A stretch of 63,898 nucleotides of DNA, filler included, from Lama guanicoe (taxonomy: Eukaryota), in assembly GCA_013239625.1 (NCBI GenBank). It is 77 parts of 77 records of this genome, joined end to end, with 100 filler letters (N's around TTAATTAATTAA, not from the genome) between each part and the next. Parts side by side here need not be neighbours in the genome. Positions count along the whole stretch, not along the records: positions 50,319 to 51,160 come from PNXV01010135.1; positions 51,261 to 52,092 come from PNXV01010137.1; positions 52,193 to 52,824 come from PNXV01010138.1; positions 52,925 to 54,121 come from MU054846.1; positions 54,222 to 54,625 come from PNXV01010141.1; positions 54,726 to 55,595 come from PNXV01010142.1; positions 55,696 to 56,375 come from MU054847.1; positions 56,476 to 56,965 come from MU054848.1; 69 more parts are not named here. The stretch is one strand, 5' to 3'. Below the pieces are notes generated by a model. That model was not told the origin of the DNA and ran no database searches. It saw only the letters and a program-made list of their open reading frames with translations. Position 1 is the first letter of the stretch; the number at the start of each line of letters is the position of its first letter. This document shows positions 50,352-62,244 of this stretch, piece by piece. The translations under genes were made by a program, and so were the position numbers.

Positions 50352-51160
50352 CTGCGGCAGAAACACTCAAGGAGGAGACAGAAGCTCGCTCAGCACTGAT
50401 GCTTCCTTTTCCCGACTCCACCAGGTGAAGCTGGGCGCTACAGCCAGAGGCTCTCAGCCTGGGGAGCAGCATACACGCCACTGAGCTGGTCGTGAGGGAG
50501 GGTTAAAGGGAAAGGAGGGCAGCCCCGGGGGGGAGGGAAAGCAGGGGGGGGACGCGGGCTGCAGCCCCGCTAGGAAGCCAGCCCCAGCACCAGCATAAGC
50601 CACCCACTCCCGTCCAGGTCCGCAGACCACGCCCGCCCGGGACACAGCCCGCGCATTGGTGGGGACTGGCAGGCGGCCAAGGAGAGGAAGCCCGGGAGGA
50701 GAGGACTCGCGGGCGGGAGAGTGGAAGGGGACGCCATCCGTGGACTGAGGGGATCCCGGCTGGGTGAGAGGTGGCAGGCGCACACCTGTACCTGAACAGC
50801 TGTGGCCGGGGCGCCGGGGTAGGTGGCGCTGGCAGAGGCGTCTGGCCTGAAATTCAGCTGAACACTGGCTGACTGGCGCCCTTGGGGGCTGTGAAAGGCG
50901 GATCACCCTCCCGCAGCCACCTGACCCCTTTCCCGGGAGCCCCCCACCTTGCACTTCCACAGCCAGAAGCCCCGGCCCCAGGGAGGAATCAAAGGCCTAA
51001 CGGGAGACAGAGTTGAGAAGCATTTGGGGCCAATCCCCGGCTTGGACATGGAGCTTCGAACCAGCGGACCACCTGGCACCGACTGCGCTTGCGCAGGAGG
51101 GCCATCGATCTTCTCTGGGTTCTGCGAGAGAAGGTGGGACAGCGAGGGAGGGAGAAGATG
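50352..51160 (-). promoter_or_regulatory. CpG-island-like region with putative promoter and first exon
   Basis: GC/CpG-rich. On the minus strand: CCAAT (50655-50659), GC/KLF box (50627-50638), TTTAA (50503-50507), then a perfect CAG|GTAAGT donor at 50351. Confidence 0.5.
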
Positions 51161-52192
51161 NNNNNNNNNNNNNNNNNNNNNNNNNNNNNNNNNNNNNNNN
51201 NNNNTTAATTAATTAANNNNNNNNNNNNNNNNNNNNNNNNNNNNNNNNNNNNNNNNNNNNACACTTAACAGAAGGCTCAAGGGTTTGGATTATAAAGATG
51301 AAAAGAAAAAAGAAAATGAAAAAGAAAACCTCTGACAGAAAGAATGGCAAAAGTATACATTTGTAAATATACTATAAGATTTTCTCTTTTGTAATTTTAG
51401 AGTAGAATATTAACTTACATTTGTTTTACTTATAGAACTGAATTGAAATTTAAAACAAAACTTCTGCCCCTTGGGATTTCTTAAATTTGATTCATTATTT
51501 TTATCTAATTTTATTTCATACTTATTTACCATTTATTTTTATACAAAACAAATAAACTGATATTTATTCTGCTCATGTTCTGAATATAGAGCTACTTATT
51601 TTAAAGTACACAGAAAAATACTTACTTCCATTTCCAAATCAAATTATGTTTCACATTAATTACAAATGATATTGAAATAGATATACATTATCTGTACTGG
51701 ATTTACACAAATTTGACTTTAAATTCCAAAACTTTAAAATTATTTTATATATTTTGTGCATTACTTATACTCTGTTCTTAAATCTGGTAAAAATTTCTGT
51801 ACAAAAGGAAGGAGATTGATTATTTCATAACCCCAAAATTAAATTATTTAGAAAGATTTTGTTGGGATAATATTTGCAAATCACACTTTAAATATAAGCA
51901 TCCTATATGTTTCATTTTAACTGGATGAATGACAAGTAAACACTGGCTGAATGTTACACTTGAGTTGCTGAGAGGCCAGTTGTTTTGTGATGTCACAGCT
52001 ACTCAAGGTGAGATTCATTGTGAAGGTCTAGCAGTTTATCTGAGCAGGCCTGCTAAAGCAGCATTTGATGCTGCAGTGCTCAAAATCATGCANNNNNNNN
52101 NNNNNNNNNNNNNNNNNNNNNNNNNNNNNNNNNNNNTTAATTAATTAANNNNNNNNNNNNNNNNNNNNNNNNNNNNNNNNNNNNNNNNNNNN

Positions 52193-52470
52193 GGGCTTAA
52201 CGCTCCGCGGCTGCCGCTCGGCCCACGCCGCTCCTCCCGGAAGGACCGCGCTGCCGCCGCCTCCGCCGCCGCCGGCGCAGCAGCAGCCGCCGCCTCGGGG
52301 GAGCCGCGGAGCTTCTGAAATGAAGGCCGCTCACACCAACTGCCTTCTGCCAACTGACGGGGCGGTAGGCGGAAGGAGGGGCGCGGCCGAGGAGGGCTCT
52401 GGGGCGGGGCCTGTCCTGGCAGCGAGCGCGCGGATTGGCTCCTGTGGTCTGGGGGCGGGGCTGCGACTCA
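52193..52470 (-). promoter_or_regulatory. CpG-island promoter and 5'UTR fragment
   Basis: Two perfect GGGGCGGGGC Sp1 boxes (52401-52410, 52452-52461) flank a CCAAT (52434-52438), followed by a GGC-rich UTR-like tract; very high CpG. Confidence 0.65.
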
Positions 52471-52499
52471 GGATGGAGACAGGATACCTGAACTGGTGT

Positions 52500-52824
52500 C
52501 CACACAATTTGTATTTTTTTTCTATTAGGAATAATTTTGCTGTGAACATTTGTAAACCAGTTTTTTGGGGATCTAGGTTTTATTTCTCACAGCTGCATAC
52601 CTTAGATTGTCATGGCTGGGTTATAAGGAAACTCAATGGACTTTTTAGAAACTCCAGACTGCTTCCAAAGTGGCTGCACCGTTTTACATATTTCCACTAG
52701 CAGACTCTGAGGGTTCCAATTTATCTCTACATTATAGCCAACACCTGTCATCGTCTGTCTTTTTGATGATAGTCATCCTCATGTTTCTGAAGTGGCATGT
52801 CCTTGTGGTTTTGGATTGCGCTTC
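52500..52824 (-). mobile_element. L1M 3' fragment
   Basis: gctgtgaacatttg...tttagaaactccagactgcttccaaagtggctgcaccgttttacat...gagggttccaattt. Confidence 0.85.
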
Positions 52825-53149
52825 NNNNNNNNNNNNNNNNNNNNNNNNNNNNNNNNNNNNNNNNNNNNTTAATTAATTAANNNNNNNNNNNNNNNNNNNN
52901 NNNNNNNNNNNNNNNNNNNNNNNNCCGGCCACCACTGTTCTGTGCCCTGGTCCCTAGCCACTGGACCTGGAAGTGCCGCTGTGGAAACCAACAGCCCTTG
53001 CAGTTAGTATGGATGCTCAGAGTGCTCTCCAAGACCCACACAGTTGTCAGTGCCATGGAGCCCAGTGACCTGAGCCAGAAGACGTAATGCTTCCCTGGAC
53101 CTAGTGTCACCACAGGCCTATACACTTGCACCCTACATGACTAGATGGG

Positions 53150-54092
53150 ATGATGAAACATTAGGTCAATACTCCTTATGAATTGAGATGTAAAAATTCT
53201 CAAGAAAATATTAGCAAATCAAATTCAACAGCATATTAAAAGAATCATAATCGTGGCCAAACTTGATTTATTNNNNNNNNNNNNNNNNNNNNNNNNNNNN
53301 NNNNNNNNNNNNNNNNNNNNNNNNNNNNNNNNNNNNNNNNNNNNNNNNNNNNNNNNNNNNNNNNNNNNNNNNNNNNNNNNNNNNNNNNNNNNNNNNNNNN
53401 NNNNNNNNNNNNNNNNNNNNNNNNNNNNNNNNNNNNNNNNNNNNNNNNNNNNNNNNNNNNNNNNNNNNNNNNNNNNNNNNNNNNNNNNNNNNNNNNNNNN
53501 NNNNNNNNNNNNNNNNNNNNNNNNNNNNNNNNNNNNNNNNNNNAGAAAAGCCAATTGGAAGGAAGAAGTAAAACTGCCTTTTTTCAGATTATATGATCTT
53601 AATACGTAATAACTCTTAAGAGACTGCACCACAAATACTGTTAGAATTAATCAACAAATTTAGTAAAGTTGCTGGATACAAAGTCAACATTCATATTATT
53701 TGTGTTTCTGTACAGTAACAATGAAATATCTGGAAAAATTTGAAATAATCTCATTCACAATGTCAGTGAAAAGAATTAAATTCTTAAGTACAAGACTTTG
53801 ATTAAAAAAAAATATTGAAGAGGTCACAAACAAATTGAGTTTTCCATGTTCATGAGTCAGAAGCATTAATATTGTTAAAATGTCTGCACTAATCAAAGTG
53901 ATCTATAAATTCAATGCAATTCCTATCAAAATTCCAGTTACAGAAAAAAGAAAAAAAATCCTAAAACTGGCATTGAAATGCAAAGACCATGAACAATCAA
54001 AGTCACCCTGAGAGAAAAGAACAAGGCTGGAGGTATTATACATCCAAATTTGAAATTAAACTACAAAGTTACAGTAATCAAAACAGGATGGC
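53150..54092 (+). mobile_element. Degraded LINE-1 ORF2, RT region
   Basis: aaaattctcaagaaaatattagcaaatcaaattcaacagcatattaaaagaatcata; ggaaggaagaagtaaaactg; agtaaagttgctggatacaaagtcaacat. Confidence 0.9.
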
Positions 54093-54221
54093 TAGCACAG
54101 GGAAATAGATACAAGGTCTTGNNNNNNNNNNNNNNNNNNNNNNNNNNNNNNNNNNNNNNNNNNNNTTAATTAATTAANNNNNNNNNNNNNNNNNNNNNNN
54201 NNNNNNNNNNNNNNNNNNNNN

Positions 54222-54625
54222 CAGTGCTGTCATGTTGACTATAGCTCTATAGTATTATCTAAATCGTTAGTGTAAAGAAATGTCACTGATATTTGAACCT
54301 TAATCTTGTAACCTTCTACCTTGTTTAATTCTTTGATCAGCTGTAGTAAATTTTGTCCGGATCTTGCAGGGTTTTCTATATATAGTAAGATATTCTCTGC
54401 ATATACTGAGACTTTTACCTCTTCCTTCCAATTTACATCCCTTTTACTTCTCTCTCTTGTTTGATTGCTGTGGCTAGGACTTCCAAGACTATCTTGAGTA
54501 GCAGTCGTGATTGTGTGCATCCTTGTCTTGATCCAGATTTTAGTGGGACGGATTTGACTTTCTCACCATTGAACTTGCTGTAGGTTTGTTATCTATAGCT
54601 TTCAAGATGCTGAGATATATTCCCT
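54222..54625 (-). mobile_element. LINE-1 ORF2 RT core fragment
   Basis: Translation KEEVKVSVYAENILLYIENP...LIKELNKVEGYKI is a decayed EEVKLSLFADDMILYIENP. Confidence 0.93.
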
Positions 54626-55016
54626 NNNNNNNNNNNNNNNNNNNNNNNNNNNNNNNNNNNNNNNNNNNNTTAATTAATTAANNNNNNNNNNNNNNNNNNN
54701 NNNNNNNNNNNNNNNNNNNNNNNNNAGGCCTGGATGCAGCCAGGGTCACAGCTCTGATGACACAGCTGGCTTCATACCCGGCTCCCCCGCCAGCAATGCT
54801 GTCACCCTGGACAAGCCACCTGCTTCTCAGGGTCTCCCCAATCCCCCATCGGTGCAGTGGGGATCATTCTGGACCCGGCTTCCTAGGAAAGCCATCATGT
54901 CTCTAGAACCACAAACACCTACTGCACCTGTCACCTCTGCGGGCTGGCATCACAGGGAGCTCATGCACACAGGGAGCTCATGCACAGACTCAGCAAAGGA
55001 AGGGCCCCACAGAGGG

Positions 55017-55595
55017 CTGGTGTGCAGGCCAAGGAGTGTGCAGGCCCAGGACTGTGCAGACGAGGCATTGTGCGGGCCCAGGAGAGGGCAGGCCTAGGAG
55101 TGTGCAGGGACAGAAGTGTGCAGGCCCAGTAGTGTGCAGGGCCAATAGTGTTCAGGCCCCGGAGAGTGCAGGAAAGGTGAGGGCCATCACAGGAGAGGGC
55201 AGGGCCAAATGGGGCAGGCCAAGGAGTGTGCAGGACAAGGAGTTTGTAGGCCGAGGAGTATGCAGTCACAGGAGTGAGCAGGCCCAGGTGTGTGCAGTCC
55301 TTGGAGTGTGCAGGCCCAGGAAAGGGCATGCCCTGGAATGTGCAGGCCCAGGAGTGTGTAGGTACAGGAGGGAGCAGGCCCAGGAGTTTGCAGATGAAGG
55401 AGTGTGTAGGGACAGATGCGAGCAGGCCCTGGAGTGTGCAGCGCCAGGAGTGTGCTGGTCCATGAGAGGGTCGGCCGAAGTGGGGGCTGGCCCGGGATAG
55501 GGCAGGGCCACGGGTTTGTAGGTCAAGACTGTGCTTGCCCAGGATTATACAGTCTCAGGAGTGAGCATGTACAGGAGTGTGCAGGCCCAGGAGTG
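55017..55595 (+). repeat. 16-bp tandem repeat, family D, with array boundary
   Basis: Same unit as 49649-50218; preceded by non-repetitive/MIR-like sequence at 54726-54950. Confidence 0.93.
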
Positions 55596-55695
55596 NNNNN
55601 NNNNNNNNNNNNNNNNNNNNNNNNNNNNNNNNNNNNNNNTTAATTAATTAANNNNNNNNNNNNNNNNNNNNNNNNNNNNNNNNNNNNNNNNNNNN

Positions 55696-56375
55696 GAATT
55701 TAGAATATAGATTGAAGAAGACAGAATATAGAATAGTGAATAGAAAATATAGAACCCAGATTTAGAACATGGAAAGCAAAACACAGAATTTAGAACAGAG
55801 AATACTGAACACTGTATATAGAATTTATAATATAGAATGTAAAACAGAATTTAGAATATAGATTAACGAATGCAGAATATTGAATTTAGAATACAGAATG
55901 AAGAACACAGTATATAGAATATTGAAAAGAGAATATAGAACTCAGAATTTAGAACATGGAATGCAGAACACAGAATTTATAATATAGAATACAGAGCACT
56001 GAATATAANNNNNNNNNNNNNNNNNNNNNNNNNNNNNNNNNNNNNNNNNNNNNNNNNNNNNNNNNNNNNNNNNNNNNNNNNNNNNNNNNNNNNNNNNNNN
56101 NNNNNNNNNNNNNNNNNNNNNGATTACTGAAAATTTAGAGTATAGAATGTAGAACACAGAAATTAGAATATAGAATACGGAAAGCAGAATTTAGAATGTA
56201 GAATATAAAATGAAGAACACAAAATATAGAATATACGAGAGAGAAGATAGAACACAGGATTCAAAATATGGAATGCAGAACACAGAAACAAGAGTATAGA
56301 ATACAGAATAATGAATACAGTATATTGAATATAGAATGAAGAACACAGAAAATAGAATATAGAATACGGAATGTA
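55696..56375 (+). repeat. Heptamer satellite, family C
   Basis: AGAATAT-variant units. Confidence 0.96.
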
Positions 56376-56475
56376 NNNNNNNNNNNNNNNNNNNNNNNNN
56401 NNNNNNNNNNNNNNNNNNNTTAATTAATTAANNNNNNNNNNNNNNNNNNNNNNNNNNNNNNNNNNNNNNNNNNNN

Positions 56476-56966
56476 TCAGAGGGCACCATTCTGAGTGGCT
56501 GCCTTGGCTGGGCTGCAGGCCTGTACTCGCTGGGGGATGGTGGCAGCTGCTGATGACTTGGTTTCAGCATTCTTTGTTTACAGACATGGTTGCAGTATTT
56601 TCATTCACAGTGTAGTATTTTCATTCACAGTGCTCCCCCATGGTCCTAAATTCGACCAATATTTTGAGAGACATTTCATGACCAATTTTGTCCCACGGTG
56701 CTAGGATGGCTCATTCCTAGTTCAGGTGAAGAATCTTCGGAGCTGCCATTCAAGGTGTTTGGNNNNNNNNNNNNNNNNNNNNNNNNNNNNNNNNNNNNNN
56801 NNNNNNNTGTCTTACTATATTATGATCCAGGAAGTGTTTACCCTTCATTGCTCATTCCCATACGTAGAATCACAATATTATATGTATTTTATTCAGGATT
56901 ATAAATTTTATCTATTTCTTCATGATGTTTAGCCATCACCAATCTTGTAGGCCTAGTTACACATTN
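56476..56966 (-). mobile_element. ERV1-type internal 3' end, purine-rich tract and start of the 3' LTR
   Basis: Minus strand reads ...aggaccatgggggagcac then TGTGAATGAAAAT...gtaaacaaagaatgctg, an LTR-like start after a PPT-like tract. Confidence 0.55.
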
Positions 56967-57719
56967 NNNNNNNNNNNNNNNNNNNNNNNNNNNNNNNNNN
57001 NNNNNNNNNTTAATTAATTAANNNNNNNNNNNNNNNNNNNNNNNNNNNNNNNNNNNNNNNNNNNNAGTAGAAACAGAGGGGCCAAGAGAGGAAGCTAGCT
57101 TTATTCACATCTGTGCCTATACCAAACTTACACGGCTCTTGAAGGGCGGATGATCACTCTACATGGATACATTCTATAACACAGAAATAAAAAACAGATG
57201 GATTAAATAAGTGTTCTAAGTAGTTTGGAGTAATTGTAAACCATTTATCCTAATACTTAATATGATAAAGGTTTATTATGGAGGGACATGGAAAAGTCAA
57301 TGGTGGAATAAGTGGAGAGATGCCATATGGTAGGNNNNNNNNNNNNNNNNNNNNNNNNNNNNNNNNNNNNNNNNNNNNNNNNNNNNNNNNNNNNNNNNNN
57401 NNNNNNNNNNNNNNNNNNNNNNNNNNNNNNNNNNNNNNNNNNNNNNNNNNNNNNNNNNNNNNNNNNNNNNNNNNNNNNNNNNNNNNNNNNNNNNNNNNNN
57501 NNNNNNNNNNNNNNNNNNNNNNNNNNNNNNNNNNNNNNNNNNNNNNNNNNNNNNNNNNNNNNNNNNNNNNNNNNNNNNNNNNNNNNNNNNNNNNNNNNNN
57601 NNNNNNNNNNNNNNNNNNNNNNNNNNNNNNNNNNNNNNNNNNNNNNNNNNNNNNNNNNNNNNNNNNNNNNNNNNNNNNNNNNNNNNNNNNNNNNNNNNNN
57701 NNNNNNNNNNNNNNNNNNN

Positions 57720-57984
57720 ATATTGAGGAATAAGTTTAGCCAAGTAAGTGAAAAATCTGTACAACAAAACTCACAAGACTGTTGAAAGGAATCAAACTAG
57801 ACACAAACACATGGAAAGATATCCCATATCCATGGATCAGAAGAATATTGTTAAAATGTGCATATAACTCAAAGCCATCTATAGATTCAATGCAATCCCT
57901 GTTAAACATCCAATGGCATTAACTACACTAGAAACAGGAAAAGAAAAGCAATCCCAAAATTGTATTGAACTGCAGAAAACCCTG
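57720..57984 (+). mobile_element. LINE-1 ORF2 fragment
   Basis: atggaaagatatcccatatccatggatcagaaga...aaagccatctatagattcaatgcaatccct. Confidence 0.9.
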
Positions 57985-58615
57985 NNNNNNNNNNNNNNNN
58001 NNNNNNNNNNNNNNNNNNNNNNNNNNNNTTAATTAATTAANNNNNNNNNNNNNNNNNNNNNNNNNNNNNNNNNNNNNNNNNNNNCTGATTCCAAACACCC
58101 ACCTGTCTTTACATGTTTCCTCACTGTGTACACGGAGTTTCAAGGGATATCAAATAAAAGGAAGGGTTCACAATCCCAGTGACAAGAGTGGCATTAACTA
58201 CCAGAGAAGTCTAAAAAGTGACAATGAAAACATATCTTTATCCAGAAAATAGTGACTGAAAAGTGCCAGTTTGAAATATTATCACACTTAGCTCAGGTAA
58301 GTAAAACAAAAGCTGTGCAATATTGCAAACAACCAGAAAACAAAAACAAGGACTCCAACTCCAAATCTGTTATTTAGTGTCATCAGAGAAATAACTTATC
58401 AACACCATGACAAATCACAGTAACATTATAGGGCATGAACACACACAGATAGACACACAAAGTCACTGACACAGACACAGTCACACACGCACATGCAACT
58501 GCACACACACACACANNNNNNNNNNNNNNNNNNNNNNNNNNNNNNNNNNNNNNNNNNNNTTAATTAATTAANNNNNNNNNNNNNNNNNNNNNNNNNNNNN
58601 NNNNNNNNNNNNNNN

Positions 58616-59081
58616 AGTTTGCAACTGAAGAGAAACTTTCTCTTCCCAACAAGTTAAGTGAAGGTCGGCTTTCACACATGTTTAACTCTCAAAACTGAGC
58701 ATGTGTATAGACGTTCGTTCATATAGCACAAAGGGAAGAGATTGCAGGAGAAACACCTACTCTGGTTTCTCAGTCTGTTTCCTACTGCCGGTTTGAAGTT
58801 ACTACTGTTTTCAATATAAAACCGAGTTGGAGCTTGTACCTCCCCATATATATGGATGAAGTGGAGTTTGCAACTGTAGAGAAACACTCTGTTTTAGAGA
58901 AGATAGCTGAAGGGCGGCTTTCATACACGCATAACTCTCAAAATAGAGCATGTGGAGAGAAGTTCATTCATCAAGCACAAAGGGAACAGGTTGCATGACA
59001 AATATTTACTCTGCTTTCTCAGTCTGTTTCCTAGTGCTGGTTTGAACTTCCTGCAGTTTTCACTGTAAAACCGAGTTGGAG
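58616..59081. repeat. 249-bp tandem repeat (family E), about 1.9 diverged monomers
   Basis: agtttgcaactg at 58616 and 58865; accgagttggag at 58821 and 59070. Confidence 0.92.
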
Positions 59082-59181
59082 NNNNNNNNNNNNNNNNNNN
59101 NNNNNNNNNNNNNNNNNNNNNNNNNTTAATTAATTAANNNNNNNNNNNNNNNNNNNNNNNNNNNNNNNNNNNNNNNNNNNN

Positions 59182-59650
59182 TCTTTTTTCTTCTTTGTGA
59201 GTTTGGCCAGAGGTTTGTCGATATTATTTAGTTTTTCAAAAAACCAGCTTTTGGTTTGGTTGATTTTTTCTACGGTATTGTTAATCTCTACTGTATATAA
59301 TTCCTCTCTGATCTTTATTATTTCCTTCCTTCTGCTGCTTTTTGGGGCTTTTTGTTCTTGTTTTTCTAATTGATTCAGGTGGTGGGTTAACTTGTTTATT
59401 TGAGATTGTTCTTCTTTTTGAGGAAGGCCTGTATCACTATAAACTTCCCTCTTAGCACTGCCTTTGCTGTGTCCCATAGGTTTTGAGTGGTTGTGCTTTC
59501 ATTATCATTTGACTGAAGGTATTTTTTTTTATTTCAGCTTTGATTTCCTCATTGACTTATTGTTTTCTCAATAACATATTGTTTAATCTCCATGTTTTAC
59601 TTTTTTTTCTCCTTTGATTCTCTGTTGTTGATTTCCAGTTTCATGGCATT
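59182..59650 (-). mobile_element. Relatively young LINE-1 ORF2 fragment (EN-RT linker)
   Basis: SRRKEIIKIREE...EKINQTKSWFFEKLNNIDKPLAKLTKKK; one frameshift after the LWDTAKAVLRGKFI segment. Confidence 0.95.
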
Positions 59651-60543
59651 NNNNNNNNNNNNNNNNNNNNNNNNNNNNNNNNNNNNNNNNNNNNTTAATT
59701 AATTAANNNNNNNNNNNNNNNNNNNNNNNNNNNNNNNNNNNNNNNNNNNNTGCAGCTAGAGCTGTCAGCAGGTACTGCTTTGTAAACAGCTGGTGGTGTC
59801 CTTGAGTTTGATCCAGTTCAGAAAAGTCAGGTTGTTACTGGTGCAGGGATGTGTCTGAAACCACATCCACACTGGCCACCAGCTCCATTTTGACTTTTAA
59901 GTGACTTTAAATCTCATCAGTGTGCAGGTGGGAAGGGACAGCGATTAGAGCTCCGGGGGCCAGGGAGGAATTTGGTCTTCCTCCATCTCACCATGCCTGC
60001 CTGCAGACAGGCAGCATAGAAGCAGGTTGCCCCAGAGTCACTCAGTCCCTAAGGGAGACCCAGAAACCTGGCAGGATTTTAGAGATTCAACAGCTTAGCC
60101 AGGGACTGAGGTGATTTTCGGAGATGCAATCATGGCAGACAGCACGGAGGTGACAGCTCTGTGTGGGACGCAGTTTTTCCAAATCTGTGTAAATTTATAT
60201 CAGTCGGAGTGAAAAGAGTTCATGATCCTGTCCTTACTGCTCTGTCACATTTTGTTGGGGAGGTGACCCTCATGCAGCGGGGAAGCTGGGATCTGGAGGA
60301 AGTGACAATGAGCTCTGAGCCGGGCAGCACCGGAGACCACTGAGGGCTCTGCTGGTACAAAGGCACTGGGCCCAGAGGAGCTGAACATACTACAGGAGGG
60401 CAGGAGGGTGAGAGCTTGGTGCTGGGGAAGCTGGAGCTGAGGGNNNNNNNNNNNNNNNNNNNNNNNNNNNNNNNNNNNNNNNNNNNNTTAATTAATTAAN
60501 NNNNNNNNNNNNNNNNNNNNNNNNNNNNNNNNNNNNNNNNNNN

Positions 60544-61439
60544 AGCTCTGGCTTAGACCAAATAACCCAGTTACTTACTGAAGACTCTAAAACTGACACT
60601 CTTCACACTATACATGCATTGAACCATTGGTCAGCTTGACAAAATGATGGCCTTCATGAATCAATATTGATGGGGAAATATTAACAAGGCCACAAAAGGT
60701 GCCTACCTCACCTGCCCCACTTGCTTAAAGTACAACCCAGGTAAGTCTGTTTGTACTGCTCCTAGACATTTTAAACTGACTGATGGACCATTCCAAGTCT
60801 GGCAAATGGATTTCTTACAACTTCTTTCATCTAATGGATATTAATGTGTTTTAATCATGGTCTATATGTTTTCACACTGGATTAAAGACTTCCCTTGCAG
60901 ATAGGCTACTGCCTTTTCTGTGGCTAAAGTCCTTTTGTTTCCAATATTATTCCAATCTAGGGAACACCTCTCAATCTTTAAAGTGACCTGGCCATTTTAG
61001 TGGCCAGGTACTGTGACAAGTCTGTGCTGTTTCACTGATCTTTCTTACAACATTTACACTGCATTTACCACCCTCAACCTTCTAATTGACTTGAACACAC
61101 TAAAAACATTATTAAGACTCATTTGGAAAAATTTGTAGAGTTTCTCCAAAATACCTTGGCCAAGAGAATTGCCATGGACAGATCCCCTCCTTTGGAAACC
61201 CATAAACTCTCACCCTTTGAGACACTCATGGGACACCCAAAGCACTTGGCTCCTGCCTCTTTTGACCCACAGATGATTAAAGGAGAGATACCCCAATATT
61301 ACAAAGGCCTAACTGCTTCTATTAAAAATAACCATGTTTTGATAGAGCAATCTTTTTACAGTGTGCTCTCAAGAGACAAAGCCCTTATGAATCATGCCTT
61401 ACAACCTGGAGATTTTGTCTTATTGGAAAAGGCACCTCC
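60544..61439 (+). mobile_element. Decayed class I ERV integrase (MER4/HEPSI-like)
   Basis: HALNHW...CPTCLKYNPGK (HHCC), GPFQVWQMDFLQL, MFSHWIKDFPC, LSPFETLMGHP, LQPGDFV; multiple stops and frameshifts. Confidence 0.9.
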
Positions 61440-61539
61440 NNNNNNNNNNNNNNNNNNNNNNNNNNNNNNNNNNNNNNNNNNNNTTAATTAATTAANNNNN
61501 NNNNNNNNNNNNNNNNNNNNNNNNNNNNNNNNNNNNNNN

Positions 61540-61858
61540 GTCATGACACTTCTGATCCAGACTAAATAAAGGACAAAAATCCCTCCTTACTTTGGGAAGG
61601 TGGAGCTGGAATGAAAATCAGGGAATACGACTCTAAACACTCCCCTCCACAATGAATATGTTGCACATTCATTTTTACACCCTCTGTAACCAATTTATCA
61701 AAGGAACTCAGGGCAGCTGCTCACCTGAGTCTGCCCACTCTCCCATTGAGAGCGTCCTATCCATCCTTTGATAAATCTTCACTTTACTTTTTAAACCACT
61801 GAGTCTTGTCTCTGAATTCTTTCTGGGACGGGAAAGCCAGTTACATCCACCAGCAACA
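61540..61858 (+). mobile_element. ERV LTR 3' portion (probable solo or 3' LTR)
   Basis: gataaatcttcactttac...gtcttgtctctgaattctttct...cagcaaCA terminus, with no TGG primer-binding site after it. Confidence 0.6.
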
Positions 61859-62244
61859 CCGTGTCAGGGCACTCATGTTTCCAAAGGGCTGCTTGACTCT
61901 CTGTTGTGTCTCTGACATCATTTATTCACCGTCCCTCCCCAACGGATGGTGAGTGCATTTCTGCTCTGTTGGAGGCTTCTAAGTTGCAGGAAAGGTAATG
62001 AGCCTCTCAAGCAGATAACAGAGCGCTTTCAGAATAAAGGGAAAGTCTTTCAAAGGCAGGAGAAAGCAGTAGCAAGCTTAGCTGGTGGATGCCTTGCTAA
62101 GTGCCACCGACAGCTGAAATTTTGCAGAGCATCAGCTGAGTCTGNNNNNNNNNNNNNNNNNNNNNNNNNNNNNNNNNNNNNNNNNNNNTTAATTAATTAA
62201 NNNNNNNNNNNNNNNNNNNNNNNNNNNNNNNNNNNNNNNNNNNN

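Noticed and set aside
49601..55643. Cys/Pro-rich ORFs (VCRPRSVQAQECAGPG) resembling keratin-associated or metallothionein-like proteins
   Set aside because: They arise from a 16-bp unit, not a multiple of 3, that cycles through all frames on both strands.
2734..57785. Long ORFs (up to 384 aa) in the ORF track
   Set aside because: Their length comes from runs of N translated as X.
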